A DNA stretch of 64,000 bases from Folioceros fuciformis (lineage: Eukaryota): the NCBI GenBank assembly GCA_049999805.1, contig JBNGIO010006380.1:112769-176768 (forward strand). Reading direction: 5' to 3'. The notes beneath the pieces are model-generated. The model worked only from the letters and a program-made list of their open reading frames with translations, was not told the DNA's origin and did no database searches. The position numbers were made by a program, and so were the translations under genes. Below are positions 45,725-58,900 of this stretch, piece by piece; position 1 is the first letter of the stretch, and every line of letters begins with the position of its first letter.

Positions 45725-46945
45725 TTCCACTTATATTACAACTGAATGGTAAGGTAAGGAGAGATATTTTCTGGAGGAGATCAAGTATACAGCCATCGAA
45801 ATAAAAAATACTCACAAACCCAAGCCGCCACGCATCTACCCATTTCTTTACATAGACTAGATCGAAGGAAAGAAATTAAAAAAAAAACAATTATAGGAAA
45901 TGCTATCCGCATGATAGCGAGGGAGGAAGCCGAGTTCAGCAATGAGTGGTGGCGAGTTTTGACGCTGCATTTGGGCCGAAGGGCACGAAGCTAAATCTCT
46001 GTTGACTATTGTAACACGCTGTGTTAGAGAGCATGCGTGTGTTGGCCGGCCGGCCGGCCGCTCCCAACAGCTTAATGCACGGATTAGCGCTGGTTGGAGA
46101 TAAGTACAGTAACCGGCACTGGATGTCGATAATTGAAATTGAGCATTGTGAAGGGACCGAAAGCATGGGCATGGGTGTGCCCAGCCAAACAAAAGGCGCA
46201 AACAGCAAGAATTATTAGTGTCCGGAAGAGCCAGGCCAGCCCGGGGGGCTGGACATGGCCGAGCTTGCGCTCGCAGTTGCAGGCTGGAGCTCGACGGGCC
46301 CTCATCCGGGCCTCACCAATCCCAGGGTCACGTGAGCTGCTAGTGCTTGCCACGGCGTGGGGATTGAGTCGGGCTGTTGTGGCAACCGGGCCGGGCGGAG
46401 GCTCGCGTGGGAGTGCGCTCTGGAATTTGAAATTTTCCCGGGAGCGATCGGGGGCTCGCTGGCTTCCACCGCAAGGGGAATTCTCGCAGCGTGTACGCAT
46501 GCTTCGGNNNNNNNNNNNNNNNNNNNNNNNNNNNNNNNNNNNNNNNNNNNNNNNNNNNNNNNNNNNNNNNNNNNNNNNNNNNNNNNNNNNNNNNNNNNNN
46601 NNNNNNNAGGGGAATTCTCGCAGCGTGTACGCATGCTTCGCGGGGGAGGGAGGGTGCCACGGAGCGGGGACCTGTTGGGTTGTTTATCAATTTCGTATCA
46701 CGGGGCTGGGAGGAATTTTCGTTCCGGGAGGGGGAGTCGGAGCTCCGAGCTCCGACGCGGATCTAGCCCTTGTTGGAGTGCTTGTGGTTTGATGAGGTTG
46801 ATCCCTTCTTGATCTGCGCGTTGCCCGGTGTCCAGGGGCTGGGTTTGGTGCATGCGGGCCTGAATTTGGCCGCTGGGAACTGGAGAGTGGCGGGTGCGGG
46901 TTGTGCGGGAGGAGGAGGGCTCGGAGCGGAGTTTGTGTGCCGGGA

Positions 46946-49900
46946 ATGGAGGGATCGGAGGTGGACGCTGGGGACAGGGGTTTAGGCTTTGCGGAGGATT
47001 TTGGTCAGAAGGTGGACCTGACTCAGAGAATTCGGGAGGTTCTCACGAACTATCCAGAGGGGACGACAATTCTGAAAGAACTGATTCAGAATGCGGACGA
47101 TGCAGGAGCCACCCGGGTGTGCTTCTGTATCGATCGCAGACAACACGCAGCTGAAACCCTCTACCATGCACCGTTGGCAGAATGGCAGGGCCCGGCATTG
47201 CTGGCTTTCAATAATTCCCAATTTTCTGAAGAGGATTTTGAGAGTATCTCCAGAATCGGAGACAGCAAGAAGCGGGGGCAGGCCTGGAAGACAGGGCGTT
47301 TCGGGTGAGATTCATTGGCTGTTGAGGTTGGCCGTGGGCGCGATTGTGTGTCAGGTCGTGTCGTGTGGCAATCGGGTGGAGTGTGAGGAGTCTTTTTGCT
47401 CCTGTGTTCACAAGTTTGGTTCTCTTGTTTTACAGGATTGGCTTCAACTCTGTGTATCATCTGTCCGACTTGCCATCTTTCGTTAGCGGCAAACATGTGG
47501 TGCTTTTTGATCCACACTGCAAGTTTTTGCCAAGAGTGAACAGTGCGAATCCAGGAAAGCGCATCGACTTTGTCAGCACTGGTGCTTTGCGGCTGTACCG
47601 TGATCAGTTTGAGCCTTACTGTGCGTTTGGATGTGACATGGAGAAGCCGTACCAGGGAACACTCTTTCGTTTCCCTTTGAGAACAGTGCGGCAGGCAGCT
47701 GTTAGCCGTCTGTCCCGACAGTCGTATTCTGAAGATGATATGACGCTCTTGCTTCATGAACTCTACACTGAAGCCACATCGGCTTTGCTCTTCTTAAAGA
47801 ATGTTGAGACAATTGACATTTTCGACTGGAAAGTCGGTGCTGACAGCCCCACCAAAGTGTACTCGTGCAGGGTAAAATCGCCAACGGATGAGCTTCGCTG
47901 GCACAGACAAGCATTTTCGAGGTTGGCAAGGGGAACGCCTTCAGTGGCCTCGTCAAATATCCATGACATCTTTAAGATTGAGTTTGTCAGGGAAGTTTGT
48001 GCTCGAGATGCACGAGGGCAAGAGGAGGCTGAGGTCTTCCTACTTTCTCAGTGCATGGGTGGACCAGCGAGCAGAATCTCGGTGATGGCTACGAATGCCG
48101 CCAAGGAATACGACATTCACCTAGTACCTTGGGCTTCTATCGCAGCAAAAATCTCGGGAAAGGAGGAGGGGGTGGGTTGGCAGATGCTTCTTTTGTTTTT
48201 GAAAGGGTAAGACACACTTGGTACACATCTCAAAGACTAATGCTCACTCCTGCCTTCTCGTGTCCAGGACCTTGCTTCCAGCCGTATGGAAGGTCGAGCG
48301 TTTTGCTTTCTCCCTCTGCCTGTTAAAACAGGTCTACCTGTCCATGTCAATGGCTACTTTGAACTCTCGTCTAATCGCCGCGATATCTGGTATGGAGGTG
48401 ACATGGACAGGGGAGGTAAACTGAGATCCGATTGGAATCAATGTCTTCTGGAGGATGTAATGGCTTCAGGGTATGCAAAGCTCATCCTGGAAGCTACCAG
48501 ACTCGTTGGGTCGTCGAAGCTGTATGAGGCCTTGTGGCCATGTGGTACTTTTATCGAACCCTGGCAAGGAATGGTCAGGAGTTTCTTTAAACAGGCCGCT
48601 AAGCTTCCTGTGTTGCATTCTTCTGCTCAGGGTGGTAAATGGATCACTCCATTACAAAGTTTGTTTCATGATGAGCAGTTTGTTGATCCCGACGGCCTCG
48701 CGGAAGCGGTCGTGGCAGAAGACTTGCTCCTTGTGCGTTATCCAGATTCAATGCTGAGGATGTTGTTTACTTACTGTGTGCCTAACCCACACATGGTTCT
48801 CCCTAGTGCTATTCGTGCACAGCTGAGCAGGCCTGGCAAACATGGAGGCCTGGTGAACAGGAAGAATGCTCTGGTCCTGTTGGAATATTGTCTTGCGGAC
48901 GTGATTGATGATGAAGCTGGGGACCTTCTGGCCGGCCTCCCCCTAATACCCCTTGCGAATGGGAGGCTTGGTGTGTTTGGGAAAAAAGCCAGCAAAAGTC
49001 TTGTATTTGTTTGCACAGAGTTGGAGTATAGGTTGCTTGCACGCCTACCAGAGAAAGCCTTAGATCAAGGTATTCCAAATAGGCTTCTACAGCGGCTTGA
49101 TAGCATTGCAAAGGTTGCAAGCACAAACCTGAGGCAGCTTAGTGATGTGGAGCTGGCTCAAGTTCTGTGCTACCTCATGCCAGCAGAGTGGAAGGATCAG
49201 GAAGAAGTGGAGTGGAAACCTGAGTTGGTGGATAACCACCCTACCCAGGAATGGCTTATACTTCTTTGGCGATATTTGAAGCTGTGCTGCAAGGATTTGT
49301 CTGTTTTCAAGGAGTGGCCTCTGCTGCCAACAACGGACAATTTTCTATGCAGGCCCACATCCATGTCGAAGGTAGTGAGAGGTGGGGTGTGTAGTGCTAA
49401 TATAGAAAGCCTTTTGAGAAAGCTGGGATGTCGCATCTTGAGATCTGATTTTCCTCTAGAACATGCACAGCTGGCACACTGTGTGCATGATGCCAGTGGG
49501 CCTGGTATCTTAGATGCAATAACCTCAGCTGCACTCAATCAGGTGCCACGTCTTCAAACAATGTTTGAAGCTGTAACAGGTCTAGAGAGGCGCGAGCTGC
49601 GGGAGTACCTCTATCAACGAAAATGGTACTCAGGGGATCAGATGAATGAGGCCCGCCTTCGAATATTTCGAGCACTGCCAATTTTTGAAGCCTACGATGA
49701 GGTCAACCCTGTCGTCAAAGTATTTGTGGACTTGAGTGGTCCTAAGAGATTTTTGGCGCCCTCTGATATGGAGGAAGCACTTTTGGGCACAGAGTTTCTC
49801 TACACTGCATCTGACAGAGAAGTGGAAGTGCTCACTGGACCTTTGGGTATTAGGAAACTTGGAAGAGCTGCCTTTTACAAGTGGAGGGTGGTTGGTCGTG

Positions 49901-52900
49901 TGAGCAAACTTGCTCCTGACCTTCGTAACCGGATGATGCTGGCGGTTTTGAGGGAGCTGCCACAGCTTTGCGTTAACGATCCTACTATGAAGGAGATGCT
50001 CAAACAGTTGCCATTTGTACCTTCAGCGAGTGGGGAGCTAAGGGCTCCCAAGTCGCTCTATGATCCTCGGAACGGCGAGCTTCTCACTCTACTAAATAAT
50101 CCAGACTTTTTCCCAGCTGACGAGTTTTCATCTCCTGATGTACTGGACATGTTGCAGGGTCTAGGCCTCAAAACTGCTGTTGTACCTGAGACAGTACTTC
50201 AAAGTGCTAGGCAAGTAGAATCTCTTTTAGCTGCACAACCTGAAGTTGCTTGTTCTCAGGGCCAGGCCTTGCTCTCGTACTTGGAGTTGAATTCAAGCAA
50301 GTGGTTACCTCAATCAGCGGAGGATGCTAACAGGAGTATTGGTCGGATGTTCGTAAAGGTTTCCACAATGTTTCAGCCCCAAGAGCATGGGACGGATGCC
50401 ACCCTTAGTAGGTTCTGGAACGAGCTCATAACTATCTGTTGGTGTCCTGTGTTGATGCTCCCACCCCATCCACATCTGCCCTGGCCTTCTGTAGGTAGCC
50501 CTGTAGCTCCTCCAAAGCTTGTCCGATTACAGTCAGATATATGGCTTGCTTCAGCGAGTATGCGCATTTTGGATGGCGAATGTCGATCAGCAGGGTTGGC
50601 GATGAGGCTCGGTTGGGCTAGTCGACCAGGTGGTAGCGTATTGGCTGCCCAACTCCTGGAACTAGGTAAAAACCATGTCCTGATTGAAGACAGGGGGTTA
50701 GGCCAGGCTTTGGCAACAGCTGTACCAAGAATATACACCATTTTGAATGAAATGCTTGGAACCGAGGAAATGGAGATTGTCAAAGCTGTTCTGGAAGGAA
50801 GCAGGTGGGTCTGGGTTGGTGATGGTTTTGCAAACGTGCAGGAGGTGGCTTTCAGCGGGCCACTTCACCTTGCACCCTACTTGAGAGTTATTCCGGCTGA
50901 TCTTGCTGTGTTTAAGGAGCTGTTGCTCGAGCTTGGTGTGAGGGAAACTCTGACTGCAACTGAATTCGCCCTTGTACTCATGAAAATGGCAAAAGATTGT
51001 GATGGTTCTCCTCTCAATTCCCAACAATTGGGTGCTGCAATCTGGCTTGTCCAGCACTTAGCTGATCTACACTTCAGCGGGCAAGGAGTTACCATCTTTG
51101 TGCCTGATGCCAGCTCGGTTCTTATCACTGCTTCAGATCTTGTGTATAATGATGCACCTTGGTTACCACATTCGGCGAACATGCCCAATGCCATGGAAGC
51201 ACCATTGGCCGGATCGCCACTGACTTCAAGAAGTACAAAATTTGTGCATCCTAAGATTTCCAATGATGTGGCAGAAAGGCTTGGGGTGCGCTCTCTCCGT
51301 CGACTGATGTTAGCAGAGAGCTCCGATTCAGTCGATTTGGGTTTGCATGATGCTGCAGAAGCATTCGGTCAGCATGAAGCTCTGACCACCAGGCTGAAAC
51401 ACATAGTTGAGATGTACGCTGATGGTCCAGGAATCTTGTGTGAACTAGTTCAGAATGCAGATGATGCTGGCGCCTCAGAGGTCAGCTTTCTTCTAGATAA
51501 GTCACAATATGGAAAGTCATCTGTCTTGTCTCCAGGAATGGCTGAATGGCAGGGGGCGGCATTGTATTGTTACAATAATTCAGTCTTCACACCCCGAGAT
51601 CTCTATGCAATTTCACGCATTGGACAGGACAGTAAGATTGAGAAGCCATCAGCTATTGGTAGGTTTGGGCTTGGGTTCAATGCAGTATACCACTTTACAG
51701 ACATACCAGGGTTTGTCTCTGGCGGCAATATAGTTATGTTTGATCCTCATGCTTCCAATCTTCCGGGCATCACATCTTCTCATCCTGGTTTGAAGATCAA
51801 TTTCGTGGGGAGGGGTTTGCTTGAGCAGTTTCCTGACCAGTTCCAACCTTACTTGCTCTTTGGCTGTGATTTACAAAAGTCATTTCCAGGCACGTTATTC
51901 CGATTTCCTCTGCGTACAGCTGTAACAGCTGCCAGCAGTGAGATCAAGCAGGAGGCTTACAAGCCTGAGGATGTGGTCTCTCTATTCCAGTCCTTCCGGA
52001 CAAGTGCGGCTGAAGCTCTACTTTTCCTTCGAAATGTCGCTAATGTTGCTGTCTACGTGCGGGAGGAGACAAGCCAGGAAATGAGACTTCTTTATAGAAT
52101 ACATAGGCCATTTCCAGAGTCACAGTCTCAGCGTCCTCGGTCACCTGGTCCAGTTTTCGAATTTGTTAGAGGGGATCCGGCAAATCCAATTGACAAGGAG
52201 CAGTTTTACAGGAGGCTTTCTCGGACACCCGAGAGCCAGCTACCCTGGCAATGTACAACAGTGAAGATATGTATCAGGGAGCAAGACTTGGAGAAGACTG
52301 AGTTATGGCTTATTAGTAACGCTATTGGTGGTGGCCGCGCCAGGGAGCAAGCTGTTGCAGCTGAAAACCGAGCTCGTGGATTTGTTCCATGGGCTGGTGT
52401 GGCATCTCGAATCCTAGACAATGCTGAAGAACCAGATCACGCCAACAGAGATGTCCAGGATGGTGGGAAGTCGATGGGTGTGCTAGAAGGTCGGGCGTTT
52501 TGTTTTTTGCCTTTACCTGTTAAAACAGGCTTGCCAGTTCACGTGAATGGGTATTTTGAGCTCTCATCCAATCGTAGAGACATCTGGTATGGAGATGATA
52601 TGGCGGGTGGTGGGAAGCTCCGATCTGCATGGAATTGCTGTTTGTTGGAAGATGTTGCGGCCCCTGCATATGCTAGGATGCTAGCAGAAGCTGCCCGTGT
52701 GCTTGGACCGAGTGATGGTTTTTTCTCACTTTGGCCAACAGCAACAGTCGCTGAGCCTTGGGCGTCTGTTGTGAGGCAGCTGTACACCGCTGTTGTGGAA
52801 CTCGATCTGGCTGTTCTGCACATTGCTGCAGGCAAAGGGAAGTGGGTTTCAGCCAGGAAGGCTGTGTTTCCTGACATTAATTTTCCGGAGGCTGAGGAGC

Positions 52901-55900
52901 TTGGGAAGGCTTTGGCAGACGCAGGGCTGGCATTGATTAGTGCGCCCTCTGTGGTGGTGCAGAGATTCAGAGACCACTGCCCAACTCTTAGACACCTTTC
53001 TCCACACCTACTGCGCAAGTCATTAGCGGCAAGTAAACGAATTTTAGGGCCCGTGAGGGTAGCAGTCCTGGCTCTAAAATACTGCCTAAGTGATGTTGCC
53101 GACTTAGATGTTGGAGAGAAGCTTCAAGGATTGTATCTTCTTCCTCTTGCCACAGGAGTCCTTGGCATCCTTATGAAGGCTGGATTTGGAGAGCGATTTC
53201 TTGTGTGCAATGAAGTGGAGTTTAACTTATTGAAAGATAAGGCTCGTTTTATGCTTATCGATCGTGAAATTGAGGCAGATGTGCTGTCAAGGTTGCACAA
53301 CATAGCGAAAGCTGGACAAACAAATTTGTCTTGTTTAACGTGCCCTGTCTTGTTAGAGCTCCTACACAGGCTGATCCCTGCAGACTGGCGTGGGAAAAAT
53401 GTGGTCACCTGGACACCAGAGCAGGGTGGGCACCCTGCTGTGGCATGGGTGGAGTTGCTCTGGAAGTACCTGGCATCATCTTGCGAGGACTTAATGGTTC
53501 TATCAGAGTGGCCCCTTCTGCCTACTTCTGATGGGCAGTTACTGAGAGTATCAAAGAATTCCAAGATTTTGCGAGATGATGGGTGGAGTGAAAATATGGT
53601 TGGACTTTTGCAAAAGGCACATTGTTTTCTGCTCAGGCCAGACATTTATATAAGTCATCCTTCCTTGGCAGAATATATTCATGATGCATCAGCAGTCGGG
53701 GTTCTCGATGCTTTGCTTGTAGCAGCTGGCGACCGATTGCAAAACATCCCACACTTGTTGAAATCTGCCTCGGATGGCGAGCTGCGGGAGCTTCGCAGTT
53801 TTCTGTGCCAATCAAAATGGTTTTCAGGAGGTCACATGGATGCACTGAGAACAAAGATTCTCAGGTCTTTACCAGTCTTTGAGTGTTATGGTTCAAATGC
53901 TGGTCGCCACTTTGTTGATCTGCCAGAATCAACACGATGGCTACCTCCAGATGGGCTGGAGGATGGCATTTTTGGAGAGAGTTTCATTCGTGTTGAATCA
54001 GACAGGGAAGCAGAGGTATTGACAAAGTTTCTTGGAGTAAGGAAACTTACAAGACTCCAATTTTACCAGAATCATATGTTTTTGAACATATTACGGATTG
54101 CTACAGATGTCCGTTCTCGTGCAATGTTACAAGTTCTTGACGATCTTCCCTCACTACGTATGGAGGATCCATCCATTGTGTCTCTGCTAAGTCAGCTGCC
54201 TTTTGTTCCAACTTCTGGTGGTGCCATTGAGGCTCCTGAACGGTGAGCTTGCCATTTGGTTGTCAAGTTAGCATTTTGAACTCTTTAAAGCGAATGTTTG
54301 CTGGTTGGAACTTTTGAATGTTTGCTCAAGGTCGTAGACTGCATTGCTGTTGTCGTCATTCCTATAGTTATTGAAAGCATGTTGCATGATACCGGCTCCT
54401 TCAACTCCTTTACAAAGTAACAGGTTGCTGTAGGCTGGATCTAATGGGAAATCTAGGATACTGTTGTGGAGGTTCTGTATGCTGGCCACTTCTGTAGACT
54501 TGACTCTCTGTCTCATTTAACATGCGCTCCGTGCAGATTCTGGGCACGGTGTTAATTAGCTGTTGGTTGTTATGCAGACTGTATGATCCTCGCGTCTCGG
54601 AACTGCAGACATTACTGAATAAGCAGGCATTTTTTCCTTCGGATGAATTCGGGACTGACTCTGTGCTTGATGTTCTGGTAACATTGGGTTTAAGACGGTC
54701 TTTAGGGCGGAAGGGGCTGTTAGACAGTGCAAGGTCAGTGGCAATGATTAGTAGCTCAGATCAGCAAGAAGCTCAAGGAAGAGCCAGGGCTTTACTGGCT
54801 CATCTAGACTATCTGGAGGGTGCGATTCAAAACTGTGACGCAGTAACGACCCCTGCTGAGACGTTTTTGGCTGAAAGTCAGGACTTGCTGGGGTATAAAA
54901 AACCTGATACGGAAGTAAATCTGGAAAGAGCATACTCAAAAGCATCCGTTGATTCAGAGAAGAGCTTCGAAAGCTTAGTGCAGCTCGATGCAGAGGATTC
55001 TGAGAGACAGTTCTGGCAGCAACTTGTTAACATTGACTGGTGCCCAGTTTATCTTGAGCCTCCAGTTTCTGGACTTCCATGGCCGTCACAGAGACTTGCT
55101 ACCGTTGCTGCTCCAAAGGTTGTCCGGCCTAAGGCTCAGATGTGGCTTGTCTCTGCTACGATGCGCATTTTGGATGGGGACTGTCATTCCTTGGCCCTTG
55201 CATCCAAGCTTGGCTGGACATTACGTCCAAATGTTGCTGTACTTGCTGAGCAACTTATGCAACTGTCAAAGAATCATTTCCACCTAAGCAGGACCGAAGG
55301 CAGGTTGCCACCTCAACCTGTTGTCGACCAGATCCAAGAAGTAAATGCCAAGCTCTCTCAGGAGGTGCCAACGATATATAAGTTTCTGCAAGAGCTTGTG
55401 GACTCAAGTGACTTGCTAATTTTACAGCCAATGCTTGAAGGTGTTCGATGGATCTGGGTTGGGGACAGCTTTGTGTCAGCCAAGGAATTGGCCTTTGACT
55501 CTCCAGCACACTTCCATCCATATTTACATATAGTTCCTTCTGAAATTGTGGAGTTCAAGGACCTTCTGAGTAAGCTGGGTGTGCGTGAAACGTTCGAGGC
55601 GTCTGATTATGCACAAGTTGTTATACGCATAGGAGAAGACTGCAGTGGTCGTAGCCTTTCTAGTGAACAGCTTACATTTGTTGTCCGAGTTCTTGAGGCT
55701 CTTACAGAGGTTTTGCCTACCCAGGCCGTAATATCAGGCAGAAGCTCTGTTGGGCCAATTCTTATGCCCGACGCATCTAGTGTTTTACTTCCAGCCAAAG
55801 ATCTAGTGTACAATGATGCCCCTTGGCTGGCTAAGAGTGTTTCCGGACTAGCAGGCATGAGACGTCTTGTTCATCCAGAGATCAGCAATGAGCTAGCTGA

Positions 55901-58900
55901 ACGTCTTGGGGCCAAGTCGCTGAGGTATCTCTCTCTTGTAGATCAGGAGATGACGAGCAACTTACCATGCCTGGATGCAGGGATGATTTCCGATATACTC
56001 TCCGGCTATGGGGATGAAGACCTGTTATTATTTGATTTGCTAGAGATTGCTGATAGTTGCAAAGTGCAGAAAGTGCATGTAATATATGACAAGAGGGAGC
56101 ACCCTCGACAGTCGCTCCTTCAGCCTAATCTAGGTGAGTAACCACAAGAAGTTATCTGTTCAGAGACAGTAGGGATGGACCTCTCCATAACTTTTGGGCT
56201 TTTCAGGGCAATTTCAAGGACCTGCTTTGACTGTTGTATTTGAGGGAGCACTGCTAAGCACGGAAGAGGTGTGCATCCTGCAAAACTTCCCTCCACCCAA
56301 GCTACGTGGGCATGTATGCCAGTATGGAAGTGGTCTGCTCGGTGTTTATCACCTGACAGATCTTCCATTTATAGTGTCTGGAGGTTGCCTTTACCTGTTT
56401 GATCCTTCTGGTCTTATCCTCGCTGGCTCGTTGGCGGAGGGAAGATCAGCCCCCACAGGAAGCCCGGTTGGGAAAGCATATTCTTTAAAAGGTCTTCCCA
56501 TATACCCGGCAGCATTTGATCTAGATTTTTGCACATGCATGGAAGTGATTGCTTACTTGTAGCTTACTTGTTTTGTGGTGAAAAGGGACGGATCTTCCCC
56601 AGAGATTTATGGATCAATTCCGCCCACTGCGAGCCAGCCAAGTCTCTTGGTCCTGGATGAATTCTACTATTATACGCATGCCCTTACGTACTGCAAGCCA
56701 GGCTATGGAGAGCAAGATGAAGAGTGCAGAAGAGCATGGAGATCGAGAGGTTGCCCGTATCCTGAACAGATTCAAGCTTCATGCTTCATCGGCATTATTG
56801 TTCCTGAGGAGCGTGGAAGATGTATGTCTTGGTTCTTGAATTGCATGCCTGTCATCTGGTCTGAAAGGAAATAATTACTGATGCCAAGCACATGTTCTTG
56901 TATCCCTTTTGTAGGAACTTTTTACCGCTTTGGAGGAAGTGAGTAAAGCTAATATGCTGTCTTTGAACTCCTTTTGCAGGTTAATGTAACAGCTTGGGAG
57001 GAAGGCGAACCTACTCCTCACGACCTATTCTCTGTGCGAGTTGACCCTGCTCGTGCTGTTCTTCGACATCCTTTTCAGGACAAGAAATGGCGCAAATTCC
57101 AGCTATCAAGCCTCTTTGGAGGTTTCAATGTGCCTTCAAAAATTCACAGCATAGATGTTTTGATGACTGAGGATGGAAATCAAACGGTTGACAAGTGGCT
57201 GATCGTGCAGAGCCTTGGCTCGGCTCATACTCGAGACATGGCTTTGGACAGGTTGGTGCATTGTTTTGCTCTAGATTGGTATCTGAGTCAGACGATACAT
57301 GAACATTCAAAAAGTTGTCTTTGGTGCAGGAAATATCTCGCCTACAATCTCATGCCTATTGCTGGAGTTGCTGCACATCTTTCTCGCAATGGTGTAGCCC
57401 CATTGCTGCCTGCACAGAGTTATATCCTAGCTCCGTTGCCCTTACCGACGCCATTCAAGGTGCCTGTCACTATATTGGGGCATTTCATGGTGTCACAAGA
57501 GGAGGGTACTCGGTGCTTGTTCCATAATGCCCCAGATGTAGACAAAGTGTCAGCTTTGGGAGTTGGTGCGCAGAGTGGAGTACCCTTTACAGCTGAGCAG
57601 CTTAGAGCGGCTTGGAATAAGGAATTGCTGACTTGTGTCAGAGATTCCTATGTAGAGTTACTGCAGGAGCTACAGCGAATCGGGCAGGATCCTGTAACAT
57701 CCCGTGCAGATCCCCCCATCAGTAGAGGGCTGGATGGTACATATGGTCTACCACCAGATCGTGCATATTCTCTGTGGCCAAAGGCTGCAACGATCATATC
57801 TCTGGTCCCTGAGGAACAAGAGTCAAACGTTAGCTCTTCTGACAGTCGCAACGCTGACCCTCTGTGTCTGGTGGAATGGTTAATCAGGCCCATGTACACA
57901 CGGCTTGTGGACTTGCCGATGTGGAAACTGCATGGTGGTGCAATGACCAAAGCCTCAGAGGGCATGTTTCTTGCTCCGCCGGGGATGGAGCAGCAAGGGA
58001 TGGCACCCCCAGTGGCAGTATGTGATTTTCTTAAGGCACATTATAAAGTTTTTGCAGTTCCTTGGGATCTTACCAAAGAGATAGAATCCGCAGGAGTGGC
58101 AGTAAAGGAGTTGACACCAAAAATGTTAAGGGGCTTGCTAAGGACTCCTCAGGTTGCAGCTGCAGTTCAGTCCATCACAACACAAGTGGAACTCTTGGAT
58201 TACTGTTGTGCAGATTTGCACATTCAGCCACGTGATGGGTCTGCTAGCCTGGTTGTTGACAGTGAGGTTCCTTCTGTGGAGCGAGACACAACTGGGGATC
58301 TCCACAGAGGCTCTAGGAGCACCATCTCTGACACCTCCTCTGTCAGTAGCAGTGCTACGTGGGGTGTTGGTGGTCCTGGTGGTTCAAGGTTTCGAAGATT
58401 TAACGGGCTAGCAGATCTCCATGATCTACCTGGAGTTCTAGATTCACGATCAGATTCGTATGGCTTTGTTGCTGATTTTAGCAGAGCTATCGCTGACATT
58501 GGGAGGGGCGTGTTGGAGGATATTGATAGAGAATTTGGAAGTGAAAGCTTGACACAAAGGGCTCTTGCCGCACCTTCAGATGATGACAACTCCAGTCTAG
58601 ATAGAGTGTTAGTCAAAGAACTGAAAGGCTTGCAGTGTCCTACGGCAAAGAATGTGATGGCGAAGTTGGGGCTGTCAGAGCTGTGGGTTGGAAGCAAGGA
58701 GCAGCAAGAGCTACTTCCCAGTATGGCTGGAAAGTTTGTGCACTGTTTGTGTCTTGAACGACCGCACCTTGCAGAACTGTTCAGCAATCCTGTGTTCCAA
58801 AATGTTCTTAGATTACAGCCGTTCTCTTCACAGGTATTAGCCACAAATCTAGGGCTTATGCTCCCCAAGCAGTGGATTGCCAGAGGAAATGAGGTCGTCT

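Larger units (their letters stand above)
39650..45900. mobile_element. AT-rich, repeat-laden intergenic block, probable degenerate DNA-transposon/repeat nest
   Basis: Abrupt drop in GC, no long ORFs, internal direct repeats and terminal satellite arrays. No transposase motif recognised. Confidence 0.45.

Noticed and set aside
46474-46640. Apparent direct repeat (aggggaattctcgcagcgtgtacgcatgcttcg) flanking the 100-N gap
   Set aside because: Identical sequence on both sides of a scaffold gap is the signature of unmerged overlapping contig ends.
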